Origin: an uncultured Alphaproteobacteria bacterium
GTDB taxonomy: Bacteria > Pseudomonadota > Alphaproteobacteria > HIMB59 > GCA-002718135
Direction: 5' to 3'
DNA length: 64,000 nt
NCBI GenBank assembly: GCA_902621855.1
Contig: CACNNQ010000002.1
Location: 239,984 to 303,983 of the forward strand
A program made the position numbers and the translations under genes. Positions 1 through 9,179 of this stretch are shown in pieces; the stretch's first letter is position 1; the number at the start of each line of letters is the position of its first letter. The notes under the pieces are model-generated. The model was given only the letters and a program-made list of their open reading frames with translations. It did not search any database and had not been told where the DNA came from.

Positions 1-32
1 TATATTTCATTAAATCTTAAATTTATATACTA

Positions 33-914
33 TTAGCCCTTTACTGCTCCGGCAGTTAGACCACTTATTAACTGTCTTTGGAAAAACATGATTATCATAA
101 ACAGTGGTGCAGTTGCTGATACAACGCTTGAAACCGCCCACATATAATTTCCACTGTGTTCAATTGTACCTAAATAAGCATTAATTTTAGGAACCATTGT
201 ATAATTTTGCTGATTTAAGAGAAGTGAGGTAACTGTAAAATCATTATAGGCTAACATCATACTAAATAAACCTGCTGTAACAACACCAGGCCACATAACG
301 GGCATTATAACAAAACGAAAAGCTTGGAAATATGTGCAGCCGTCAATTAGTGCACTTTCATCTAACTCTTTTGGCACTGTTTTAAAGAAAGAATAAAGTA
401 ACCATAAAGTAAAAGGTTGATTGATTGCAACTAAAACAATTATTGTAGTTGGAAGTATGCCCCAAACATTTAGTTGGAAGAAAGGAAATAGATAACCAGA
501 AACTAATGTGATGTGTGGCATTGCTCTAAAGATTAATGCAGCTATTAAAATCCAAAAGGTATATTTGTATGTTGATCTAGATAATGCATAAGCACCTAAT
601 GTACCTAAAAATAAAGAGATCGTAACAACTGAAACTGTAATAATAATTGTATTCATTGTTGCTTTCCAAAATTCACCTTCAGTCCAAGACTCTACATATG
701 CCTTAACTGTAGAAGTATCTCCTGTTTCAATCAAAGTATTAACTCCTGTGACTGCAAACATCCAATCAGCTCTAGAGAAAAAGTCAGCTTTTACTTTAAA
801 TGATCCCCAAAAGGTCCATATAAAAGGAAACACGGAAACAATTAACCAAGTAAGAATAAAAAAACTATTTATTAAAATTAGTTGTTTTGAGTATCTATTA
901 ATTTTTGATTCCAT
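33..914 (-). CDS. ABC transporter permease, carbohydrate (CUT1) type, MalG/UgpE-like
   Basis: 293-aa multi-TM ORF with an EAA-type permease loop (ELDESALIDGCTYFQAFRFVIMP). It abuts the next permease gene. Confidence 0.85.
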   Translation of the reverse strand: MESKINRYSKQLILINSFFILTWLIVSVFPFIWTFWGSFKVKADFFSRADWMFAVTGVNTLIETGDTSTVKAYVESWTEGEFWKATMNTIIITVSVVTISLFLGTLGAYALSRSTYKYTFWILIAALIFRAMPHITLVSGYLFPFFQLNVWGILPTTIIVLVAINQPFTLWLLYSFFKTVPKELDESALIDGCTYFQAFRFVIMPVMWPGVVTAGLFSMMLAYNDFTVTSLLLNQQNYTMVPKINAYLGTIEHSGNYMWAVSSVVSATAPLFMIIMFFQRQLISGLTAGAVKG

Positions 915-915
915 A

Positions 916-1944
916 TTATCTTTCTGTCCTAAATTCTCTCCATGTTCTTATGAGTACTGGTGTTAGTAGAATTGCTACACCAATGATAGTTAACATAGAT
1001 GTTGCTCCTGCAGACCCAAATAACATTTTGTTTTCACTTCTTAAGTCGTTATAAATCATCCAAGAAAGTGATTGAGCAACTCCTTCAGCAGCGAACCCAA
1101 TTATTGGCTCAAGAACCCTAAAATTATCCATTAGACAAATTAATATAATAAATGTTGCTACCGGATAAAGGTGTGGAATAACAATGTGTCTGACTCGTTC
1201 ATATCTTGAGGCGCCATCTATGATCGCTGCTTCAATTGGATCTTGAGGAACAGTTTGTAAAGCAGCATAAAAGACAACAAAAGCAAATGGTGTATTGTGC
1301 CAAATCCCATAAATAATCAGAGTAATCCAAGTCAATTGACTTGAAGACTTTAGTGATAGGTTTGGATCATCAAATAAGAATTGAATAAATGAACCTAATA
1401 TTCCCTTAGCATCTATCATCCAAAATAAAACAAGCGATCCAATCAATGGTGTTACAATCATAGGCAGTATAACACCAAAAATAGTTGGGCCTTTTAAACT
1501 TTTTGTAATTGTGTTTACACTTAAAGCAACGATGAAACCTAAAACTACAACTGGTGGTGTAACGGCAAAACAAAATGTAAGTGTAAATAAAAGTGCTTTG
1601 TAAAAAGGTAAATTTAGTAAGATATCCGTAAACTCAGCTATGGATGAGGAATTAGTCCAAGCCTCTTTAATTTCATCAAAAGCCAAATGGTTTCTATCGC
1701 CGTATGTTCCTAAACCATTGAATCTTCCAAGAGGTTGTTCTTCTTGTAATTTTGTTGTTGCTTCAATATCAACTTTTGTTTCTGTTTTACATCCAAATGG
1801 ATCACATTTTTCTACTTCCATTAAAATTTGTTCAGGCTCAATGTGAAGAGATTGAAAAAAACTAGAAATAATTGGAAGGCCAATAAATAATAGCATTGCC
1901 AATCCACTTGGAAAGAAGAACCAAAAAAATGTTCTGTGGGGCAT
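916..1944 (-). CDS. ABC transporter permease, carbohydrate (CUT1) type, MalF/UgpA-like
   Basis: 342-aa multi-TM ORF with a long loop after TM1 and an EAA-type loop (IEAAIIDGASRYERVRHIVIP). Confidence 0.85.
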   Translation of the reverse strand: MPHRTFFWFFFPSGLAMLLFIGLPIISSFFQSLHIEPEQILMEVEKCDPFGCKTETKVDIEATTKLQEEQPLGRFNGLGTYGDRNHLAFDEIKEAWTNSSSIAEFTDILLNLPFYKALLFTLTFCFAVTPPVVVLGFIVALSVNTITKSLKGPTIFGVILPMIVTPLIGSLVLFWMIDAKGILGSFIQFLFDDPNLSLKSSSQLTWITLIIYGIWHNTPFAFVVFYAALQTVPQDPIEAAIIDGASRYERVRHIVIPHLYPVATFIILICLMDNFRVLEPIIGFAAEGVAQSLSWMIYNDLRSENKMLFGSAGATSMLTIIGVAILLTPVLIRTWREFRTER

Positions 1945-1956
1945 CTATTTCTTACT

Positions 1957-1990
1957 AAAAAAAAAGTGGAACATAATAATGTTCCACTTT
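1957..1990 (-). terminator. Intrinsic terminator/attenuator between the binding-protein gene and the permease genes
   Basis: Read on the minus strand: stem GTGGAACAT/ATGTTCCAC (extendable by A:U pairs), 4-nt loop, then a run of 9 U. Confidence 0.6.
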
Positions 1991-2010
1991 ATCATAAATA
2001 TTTATACGGT

Positions 2011-3246
2011 TTATAGAAAACCTTGCTCAGTAGCTTTTGCTACATAAGCAGCTTCTACATCCGCTAATGCTTTTTCAGCAGACTCATTTCCTTGAAGGAA
2101 TTCAACAAGTTCTGTACTCAAAGCACCATGTAATAGACTCATGTATGGTAAGCTTGGGTAAGGTGTTGCACCTCTATTAGCAGCGTCAACAACTGGTCCT
2201 GCTGTATCTCCAGGCGAATAACCATCGATCAACCAAATTGTTGCATTTGGATTAGCATTTGCCATTTCTGTTGAAGTTGCTGCACCTAAAAGAGCTCTAA
2301 AAGATGCTTCTGCATTTTCATCAGAAGTGTTTGTTGCAATTCCAAATCCATCCCACCATAGAGTTGTTGCTGGTTTACTTCCGCCACCTACAGATGGAGA
2401 AGGAGCTAATCTAGTATCAGCTTTAATTGCTTGATCACCTTCATCATCTAACAATGAAGCTGCACCTGAGTTCCAGATATGCATTAATGCTACATTACCA
2501 GACTCCCATTCTTCTTTAACTGCATTTGTGTCTTGAGTTAAGAAATCAGGGTTACTTACTTCGGTTAATCTTTTAAGCATATTAAGAGCAGCTACACCTT
2601 TAGCGTTATTTACACTAACTTCAGCTGTTCCAGCTTTAAAGAAATCACCTCCATGACCTAGGTACATGTTTACAAACTCTTGACCTAAGTTCCATCCAGA
2701 TTTGAAAGCACCAGCATATGGGTTAGCCATTTTACCAGAAGCTTTAATTTTTTCTGCAGCCGCAATTACCTCTTCATATGTTGAAGGAACTGCGATACCT
2801 AAATCATTAAGAATACTTTCTCTGTACCAAAGATGTTGAGCATTAGCCATAAATGCTACTGCATAAATTTTACCATCAATCACGATTTTTTGATTGTCTT
2901 GTAATGCACTTCCGTATTTAGCAACTAAATCATCAAGTGGACGAATTAAGTTATCATTCATTAAAGTTGTAATTGAACCGTTAGTTACAAGTTTAGCAGA
3001 GAATTCAGCTGGATTAGCTGAAAGTGCTGCAACTTGTAATTTATTATGATCAACGGAATGTGTTACAGAAAAATCTGCATCAGGTCCTGCACAACTTTTT
3101 ACTTCATCCATGAAAATTCTGTATGTTGTAAATTCGTTTGCTAGAATCTTTATTGATCCATCTGTTACTCCACAAGGTGAGTGCCCACCGGCATATGCAC
3201 TTGTGCTAACAAATGTAAACAATAGAGCTATTAATAGTTTTTTCAT
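2011..3246 (-). CDS. Periplasmic solute-binding protein, family 1 (sugar-type ABC importer)
   Basis: 411 aa with signal peptide MKKLLIALLFTFVSTSAYA. Size and position upstream of two CUT1-type permeases fit this class. Confidence 0.8.
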   Translation of the reverse strand: MKKLLIALLFTFVSTSAYAGGHSPCGVTDGSIKILANEFTTYRIFMDEVKSCAGPDADFSVTHSVDHNKLQVAALSANPAEFSAKLVTNGSITTLMNDNLIRPLDDLVAKYGSALQDNQKIVIDGKIYAVAFMANAQHLWYRESILNDLGIAVPSTYEEVIAAAEKIKASGKMANPYAGAFKSGWNLGQEFVNMYLGHGGDFFKAGTAEVSVNNAKGVAALNMLKRLTEVSNPDFLTQDTNAVKEEWESGNVALMHIWNSGAASLLDDEGDQAIKADTRLAPSPSVGGGSKPATTLWWDGFGIATNTSDENAEASFRALLGAATSTEMANANPNATIWLIDGYSPGDTAGPVVDAANRGATPYPSLPYMSLLHGALSTELVEFLQGNESAEKALADVEAAYVAKATEQGFL

Positions 3247-3329
3247 ATATTTCCCCTTATTAATAAACTGTGAAATTCACATTTAAGTATAAATCCTTTA
3301 TATTGGTATTAGAAAATAATGCAATAATA

Positions 3330-3358
3330 TGAATTGATATTCAAGATTTTGAATATTG
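3330..3358. promoter_or_regulatory. Candidate LacI-type operator in the divergent promoter (binding-protein gene / lacI-like gene)
   Basis: TGAAT-tgat-ATTCA at 3330-3343 is a 5-4-5 inverted repeat with the same architecture as GalR/LacI/cre operators. An extra TGAATATTG half-site lies at 3350-3358. Confidence 0.35.
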
Positions 3359-3375
3359 AAATGGGGGTATAATTT

Positions 3376-4374
3376 ATGAGTTTTAAAAAGACTGCGACAT
3401 CACAGGACGTAGCAAAACTAGCAGGAGTATCCCAATCAGCTGTTTCTAGATGTTTTACAAAAGGTGCTAGCATTTCTAGTAGAACAAAATTGAGAGTCTT
3501 GGAAGCAGCTAGGAAATTAAAATACAAAGCACCTAATATATCTTCTAATTCAATATCTAATGACGATAGCGGATTAGTTGCTGTCATTTTACCTTACGTT
3601 ACAAGCAGATATTATCCAGAAGTTTTAATAGAGTTACATGAAGCACTCAGGAATGGGGGGTTTAGAATTTTATTAATTACAACTGATGATGGAGAGGAAT
3701 TAGATGAAAAATTAATACAGCCATACTTAAAAGAAAAACTCATTGCAATAATATCAGCAACAAAACCCACTGATAAATTTGTCGAAGATTGCAATCAAAA
3801 AAGAATACAATTTATTGCTTATAATAGAAGTTGGAATATACCAACGATAAGTTCCGTTGCATGTGATCATCGTAACGGAGGAGAATTAGTTGCAGAATAT
3901 TTTACAAAGAAAAATCATAAAAATATTGGCCTCATTGAAGGACCAAAAGGATCTTTTGTTAGCGATGAGCGATGCAAAGGTTTTAGAAATTATCTTAAAA
4001 ATAATAAAAAAATTAAATTAAATATTGAAAAAGGTTTTTTTACTTATGAAGGTGGATATCAAGCAACAGAAAAAATTTTCAATAAAAAGATAAGTGCAAT
4101 ATTTTGTGCTGATGACACAATGGCATTTGGATGTTTAGATTATATTAAAAAAAATACTTCGTTAAAAACACCTTCTCAATTAGAAATTATTGGTTATGAC
4201 GATATATCAATGTCAGCTTGGGAATCATATAACCTTACAACTGTCAGACAACCTATTAGACAAATGTCAAAAATAGCAACTCAGTTAATAAATGAATATA
4301 TTAAAGATCCAGATTTTGAAACTATAAATCATATTGTACAGGGAAGACTTATAAAAAGAAAAACTACAAAATAA
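3376..4374 (+). CDS. LacI/GalR family transcriptional regulator
   Basis: 332 aa. N-terminal HTH ATSQDVAKLAGVSQSAVSRCF followed by a sugar-binding-type effector domain. Confidence 0.9.
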   Translation: MSFKKTATSQDVAKLAGVSQSAVSRCFTKGASISSRTKLRVLEAARKLKYKAPNISSNSISNDDSGLVAVILPYVTSRYYPEVLIELHEALRNGGFRILLITTDDGEELDEKLIQPYLKEKLIAIISATKPTDKFVEDCNQKRIQFIAYNRSWNIPTISSVACDHRNGGELVAEYFTKKNHKNIGLIEGPKGSFVSDERCKGFRNYLKNNKKIKLNIEKGFFTYEGGYQATEKIFNKKISAIFCADDTMAFGCLDYIKKNTSLKTPSQLEIIGYDDISMSAWESYNLTTVRQPIRQMSKIATQLINEYIKDPDFETINHIVQGRLIKRKTTK

Positions 4375-4375
4375 T

Positions 4376-4795
4376 TTACTTAAATTTTAATCCCATCTGT
4401 TCGAAGACACCATGATTATCTACCATAACGTAATTATCTAAAAATTTTCCATCTTTAATGGTCCAAAAATCTGAAAATTGCATTTTGATAGATTTGCCTG
4501 TTGGCTCCACTCCAAGATATGTTCCACTGTGTGTGCCTGTTAGAAATCCCGTTGCACTAATCCATTCACCTTCAGCAACCACAATATCATTTTTTACATG
4601 GTAATCTGGAAATGCTTCATAAAAAGGTTTTAGAACTTTATATTTAAAATTTTCTATACCATGGATATCACCAAAACCTGGAGGACCGTGCCAAACCATA
4701 TCATCATGCCAGTACTTATGTTGTGCTTCTAGATCTTGAGCATTAAGTGCATCATACATATCAGCTAATAATTTTTTACTTTCATCTAAAGTCAT
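4376..4795 (-). CDS. SnoaL-like / ester cyclase family protein (NTF2-like fold), single domain
   Basis: 139 aa. Family-typical pattern: AFPD..., GTHSGTYLGVEPTGKSIKM, and C-terminal D..GVFEQMGL. Confidence 0.7.
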   Translation of the reverse strand: MTLDESKKLLADMYDALNAQDLEAQHKYWHDDMVWHGPPGFGDIHGIENFKYKVLKPFYEAFPDYHVKNDIVVAEGEWISATGFLTGTHSGTYLGVEPTGKSIKMQFSDFWTIKDGKFLDNYVMVDNHGVFEQMGLKFK

Positions 4796-5931
4796 TTTTT
4801 ATCTCCTAAAATTTGCATTAGAATTGCAAGTTCATTAAAACCAGTCCACTCTTTAATAATTTTATTATTTTTAATTTCCCATTGAGTGATTCCCCACAAA
4901 TACACTTCTCTATTAGTTGGTTGGCCATATGAGCCATTACCTTTGTGAGTTCCTAAAGCGCCCCAACGAACCGATACTAAGTAACCATCTTTTGTATTTC
5001 CCATCCAGTATAAATCTTCAATACTGAGTGCAAGATCAGGAAATGAAGCTAAAAGTGATATTATAAATTTTCTTAATTGCAAAACTCCTTTAAATTTACG
5101 ACCAGTTGAACCTTCAAATTCTACATTACTCGAGTATGCTTTATTTATTGCAGAAAAGTTTCGTCTATTCCAAATTGTATCATAAACTGCATGAACAAAC
5201 TCTCTTACATTTTTGATTTTATCTGGAATATCAAAACTAATTGATTTTAATTTAGTAATATTTCTTGTTGGCTTAGAGTTTTTAAAATGAGGAGCATAGG
5301 GCCCTGCGATTCCCTCATCAACAAGTTGCTTGGCAACTTGATTTAAATCTAATCCGAGTTGTTTAATTAAGCCTGCTGTATCGTAAACAACATTTTCGTA
5401 ATAAATTTCATTATTTTTTGCTACACAATTTGCAATACAAAATAATCTTACTTTTTTATTAGTTGGTTTAGAAAATTTACTAAATCCCGTATTTGTTCCG
5501 GTAATAATTGTTCTATGCGAAGTATGAAAACTTGCATTTTCATCCCCTGCCCAAATAACTTCATCCGCAAATAATCGAATATCTGGAAAAGCGTTGTTTG
5601 TATGTACAGTATCAGCTACAATTTTTTCAGATCCAGATTGTAAACCAAATTCATCCCAAACTCTGCAATCTTTACTGTAGGTGTCATAGATGTAGCCAAT
5701 ATTTTTTTCTTCCCATATTTGATACGTAATCCTTACAATATAATCGATTATATTTTTATACTGATCCTCAAACCCCTTCATTGATTGATGTTTAAGTTTT
5801 TTAGGTTTTGGATTTAATGATTTAGCTGTTCCTCCACCTCCATATGCTTTTAATGAAATATCATAACTCTTAGGCATATGATTGTCTTGAAGAGCTTCTG
5901 GTCTTTTATCTGTAATTTTATTAAATTTCAT
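4792..5931 (-). CDS. Tandem two-domain SnoaL-like / ester cyclase family protein (paralogue type A1)
   Basis: 379 aa. Motifs DYIVRITYQIWEEKNIG and SFPDLALSIEDLYWMG...GTHKGNGSYGQPTNREV. Clear paralogue of 8176-9168. Overlaps the downstream gene by 4 nt. Confidence 0.65.
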   Translation of the reverse strand: MKFNKITDKRPEALQDNHMPKSYDISLKAYGGGGTAKSLNPKPKKLKHQSMKGFEDQYKNIIDYIVRITYQIWEEKNIGYIYDTYSKDCRVWDEFGLQSGSEKIVADTVHTNNAFPDIRLFADEVIWAGDENASFHTSHRTIITGTNTGFSKFSKPTNKKVRLFCIANCVAKNNEIYYENVVYDTAGLIKQLGLDLNQVAKQLVDEGIAGPYAPHFKNSKPTRNITKLKSISFDIPDKIKNVREFVHAVYDTIWNRRNFSAINKAYSSNVEFEGSTGRKFKGVLQLRKFIISLLASFPDLALSIEDLYWMGNTKDGYLVSVRWGALGTHKGNGSYGQPTNREVYLWGITQWEIKNNKIIKEWTGFNELAILMQILGDKK

Positions 5932-5976
5932 AATTTGTATTTGTAATGAGATACATTTAAAAATATTTCAAAGCAA

Positions 5977-6005
5977 TGAAATTCTATTCAAAAAAATGAA
6001 TATTG
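5977..6005. promoter_or_regulatory. Candidate LacI-type operator in the divergent promoter (type A1 / type B1 genes)
   Basis: TGAAA-ttct-ATTCA at 5977-5990 (5-4-5 inverted repeat, 4/5 arm match) plus TGAATATTG at 5997-6005. That 9-mer is identical to the one at 3350-3358. Confidence 0.3.
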
Positions 6006-6038
6006 TCTTTTTTAGTTTATTAATATAATCAAAATGAA

Positions 6039-7043
6039 ATGACTGATCTCCAAACAGAAAAAAAAATAGTATTAGATTATTTCAATGAAATAGATAGTTG
6101 CAACATTGATGCATTATCTGAAGTTATATCCAAATACGCATCAGAAGATTTTAGTATGAAATGTACCCACCCATTCAACGAACTAGGTAGTATAGATCTT
6201 GTTGCTAAAAATCTTTGGAAACCAATTAAAGATTCATTTTCACCTATACAACGTCGATTAGATATATTTTATGCTGGGATCAATTCACTAGATAAAAATA
6301 AAGGGAAATGGATCTCCAGTATGGGTCATTTCATGGGTGTTTTCAATAAGCCATTTGTAGGCCTTAAACCAAATAATAAATCAATTTTATTAAGATTTGC
6401 AGAATTTTACAAAGTGGAAAATAACAAAATTACTGAAGGAGCTATTTTTTTAGATGTAATGAATTTAATGCAGCAACTAGGTCTTTCTATAATTCCTGAA
6501 TCTACAGGTCTCGTTTGTGTAACACCAGGACCAATGAATCATAAAGGTTTAAAATTTGATATTTCTAATCAAAGTGAAAGTCAAAAAACATTAGATTTAA
6601 TTCATAGAATGCGCGATCGACTTGTTAAAGGGTCCAAAATGCAATCTTATAAAGAAGAATTAGAATTAGATTGGCATAACAATATGATTTGGTGGGGGCC
6701 AGGGGGTATAGGAGCTTCATATACTATTGATGGTTATCAAAAAGGTCACACAAAACCATTTCAAGATGGTTTAGAGTTTGTTCGTTTCAATGGACACATA
6801 CTTAGTAGTTCTGAAGATGATCTTGGAGGTTGGTTTGGTTGGCCAAATTTAATTATGAAACCTAAAGGAGAATATTTAGGATTAACAAATGCAAGTGATA
6901 TTGAATCAGAAATGAGAGTTGTAGATTTATATCGAAGAGATGGAGATAAACTGGCTGAAAACTGGATCTTTATTGATCATTTACATTTTTTAAAAAAACT
7001 TGGAGTGGATCTTTTAGAAAGAGCAAAATTTTTAAATCAGTAA
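6039..7043 (+). CDS. Tandem two-domain SnoaL-like / ester cyclase family protein (paralogue type B1)
   Basis: 334 aa. Motif MIWWGPGGIGASYTIDGY and C-terminal ENWIFIDHLHFLKKLGVD. Paralogue of 10245-11342. Confidence 0.65.
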   Translation: MTDLQTEKKIVLDYFNEIDSCNIDALSEVISKYASEDFSMKCTHPFNELGSIDLVAKNLWKPIKDSFSPIQRRLDIFYAGINSLDKNKGKWISSMGHFMGVFNKPFVGLKPNNKSILLRFAEFYKVENNKITEGAIFLDVMNLMQQLGLSIIPESTGLVCVTPGPMNHKGLKFDISNQSESQKTLDLIHRMRDRLVKGSKMQSYKEELELDWHNNMIWWGPGGIGASYTIDGYQKGHTKPFQDGLEFVRFNGHILSSSEDDLGGWFGWPNLIMKPKGEYLGLTNASDIESEMRVVDLYRRDGDKLAENWIFIDHLHFLKKLGVDLLERAKFLNQ

Positions 7044-8171
7044 TTAGATAACTTTTGAGGCAAGTTTAGTACCCTCAACTAATGCATGAAGCTTTTCATA
7101 ACAAATTTTTTCATCAATTTTTCCAAAACCAGCAAATGTACTAAAACCACAATCTGTCCCTGCCATTAATTGATCTTTTGGAATGACTGTAGAAAACTGA
7201 ATTAATCTATCTGCAACAACTTCCGGATGTTCTACAAAATTAGAAGTTGAGTCGATTACACCAGGTACTAGGACTTTATCTTTTGGTAACTTTATATCTT
7301 GAAAAACTTTCCATTCATGTGCGTGCCTAGGATTAGAAGATTCAATGAGAAAGTATTTTATCTTTGATTTCAAAATGATAGGTAATATTTTCTCTAGAGC
7401 AATATCGTGTGTGTGGGGTCCTTCATAATTACCCCAACATATATGCATTCTAGTTTGTTCAACATCTACATTAGATAATGCTGAGTTTAAGCATTCAATT
7501 TGTAGCTCTGCACGTTTAATAAACTCATCTTCAGATAAATTTTTAAAATTCATATGTCTTGCTAAAGCAAGGTCTGGGCAATCTAATTGGACTTGAATAT
7601 CTGATTTTGTTATTAGCTCATATTCTTTAGCCATAATATTAGATAATTTATCCAAATATTCATCTTCGGTACTATAAAATTTATTTGGCATAAAAACATT
7701 TATCACGCCAGGTGATGCTGAGTTCATAAATGCATTTCGGTGATTTAATTTATCAAGTGAATTTTTAAAATTATTTATATCTTGTTGAAGAGATGTTTCA
7801 TCTTTTACTTTTAATTCGTTTGTACAACATGGTCTGGTATAAGTTGGTGTGCCACCACTTTTAGCAATCTTTTCTTTGTATTCTGGAAAATCATCAAGAT
7901 CAGCAGGTGCTCTTCTTTCGCTTTCACCTGAGAACCCATCAATTCTGTCTTTAATATATGTAGCGTAGCTAATTTTACTCATCTCTCCATCACTGACAAA
8001 ATCAATTCCAACATCAAGTTGTTTCTTAACAATGCTTTGCACGTTATTTTTTAATACTTCATCAAAACTATTTTGACTAAATTTCTCTCCTTTATCTTTT
8101 GCAAATAAGAATTCTGAAAGTTCTTTTGATCTAGGAAGGCTTCCAACATGTGTTGTCAAAATATTAGACAT
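7044..8171 (-). CDS. Cobalamin-independent methionine synthase (MetE) catalytic-domain family protein, stand-alone
   Basis: 375 aa. N-terminal THVGSLPR and putative Zn-ligand motifs HICWGNYEG and GTDCGFS. Only one barrel is present (about half the length of full MetE). Confidence 0.75.
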   Translation of the reverse strand: MSNILTTHVGSLPRSKELSEFLFAKDKGEKFSQNSFDEVLKNNVQSIVKKQLDVGIDFVSDGEMSKISYATYIKDRIDGFSGESERRAPADLDDFPEYKEKIAKSGGTPTYTRPCCTNELKVKDETSLQQDINNFKNSLDKLNHRNAFMNSASPGVINVFMPNKFYSTEDEYLDKLSNIMAKEYELITKSDIQVQLDCPDLALARHMNFKNLSEDEFIKRAELQIECLNSALSNVDVEQTRMHICWGNYEGPHTHDIALEKILPIILKSKIKYFLIESSNPRHAHEWKVFQDIKLPKDKVLVPGVIDSTSNFVEHPEVVADRLIQFSTVIPKDQLMAGTDCGFSTFAGFGKIDEKICYEKLHALVEGTKLASKVI

Positions 8172-8175
8172 TAAA

Positions 8176-9168
8176 TTAACCTGTTTTTAATAAAATCTGT
8201 TTCCAGATCATAGTTTCATCATAGAGAACCCATTCATTTTTAATACCTCTTTCTCCAAATTCAACATGATTAATACCCATTATATAAATTTTCGAATTAG
8301 AGGCCTTTCCAAAAAAGCCATCTCCTTCATGTTTACCTACCATAGACCATCGAACTGAAGCTTTTTTAGGTTCATATTTTTCTTCAGTAAAAGCAATATG
8401 CTCGACTGAGAACAATGCGTTAGGAAAAGAATCTCTTAATTGTTTCCAAAATTTTATTACCTCATCTCTACCATAGTGAGTATTTCCTCCTGGTTGAAAT
8501 TGCTGTATGGCTCTGTCATAACTATCTTTTATTGTTTTCTCTAAATTGATGTTCATAATAGAGGTTAAGATGTTTGCATATACTTCTCCGCAGTTACCAG
8601 ATGCTAATACAGGAGATTTATAAATAGATTTAACAGGTGTATTTTCATCAAAGGGTTTACTAGCTTTTTCAGGACCACCTTCATCTTTAATAAGATTGCT
8701 TGCAAATTTCTTGGGGTCAATTCCAATTTGTCTCACAATTGCTCCTTGATCTCTCACAAGCCACTCATCATAAACTTGATTATTCATGCATGCACAATCA
8801 GCGATAGTTCGATAATACAGTTTTTTTCCTGTCGCTTTCCCATACATCCCATTAACAGAATGAGTTGAGGTTGATAAAATGCGATGCGATGAAAAATATC
8901 CCTCATCATCATTTCCTGTCCAAATTACATCTTCACCTAAAAGTGTTCTGTCGGGAAATAGTTTTTTACTAGCATATGTACTTTTAATTACTGGGTCTGC
9001 ACCATAAATTACTCCAGATGGAGATCTTGTAGGTGTGGGGAGACTTACATTTGGAGTATCAGCATAATAATCTCTTATTGCTTCAACATCGTTTTTTTCC
9101 CAAATCTGATATGTGATCTTTAAAATATAATCAGGAAAATCTTTGAATTGTGCATCAAATCCTTTCAT
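8176..9168 (-). CDS. Tandem two-domain SnoaL-like / ester cyclase family protein (paralogue type A2)
   Basis: 330 aa. DYILKITYQIWEKNDVE, DVIWTGNDDEGYFSSHR and SFPNALFSVEHI...GKHEGDGFFGKASNSKI align by eye with 4792-5931. Confidence 0.65.
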   Translation of the reverse strand: MKGFDAQFKDFPDYILKITYQIWEKNDVEAIRDYYADTPNVSLPTPTRSPSGVIYGADPVIKSTYASKKLFPDRTLLGEDVIWTGNDDEGYFSSHRILSTSTHSVNGMYGKATGKKLYYRTIADCACMNNQVYDEWLVRDQGAIVRQIGIDPKKFASNLIKDEGGPEKASKPFDENTPVKSIYKSPVLASGNCGEVYANILTSIMNINLEKTIKDSYDRAIQQFQPGGNTHYGRDEVIKFWKQLRDSFPNALFSVEHIAFTEEKYEPKKASVRWSMVGKHEGDGFFGKASNSKIYIMGINHVEFGERGIKNEWVLYDETMIWKQILLKTG

Positions 9169-9179
9169 ATAATTAATAT

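Noticed and set aside
3309-3587. A minus-strand 92-aa ORF covering the lacI promoter and 5' end. Similar nested ORFs occur at 748-966, 1640-1846, 3612-3794, 9308-9544, 11639-11866, 56788-56994 and elsewhere.
   Set aside because: All lie inside or across strongly supported genes or promoters, have no recognisable motifs, and have skewed composition. I treated them as spurious.
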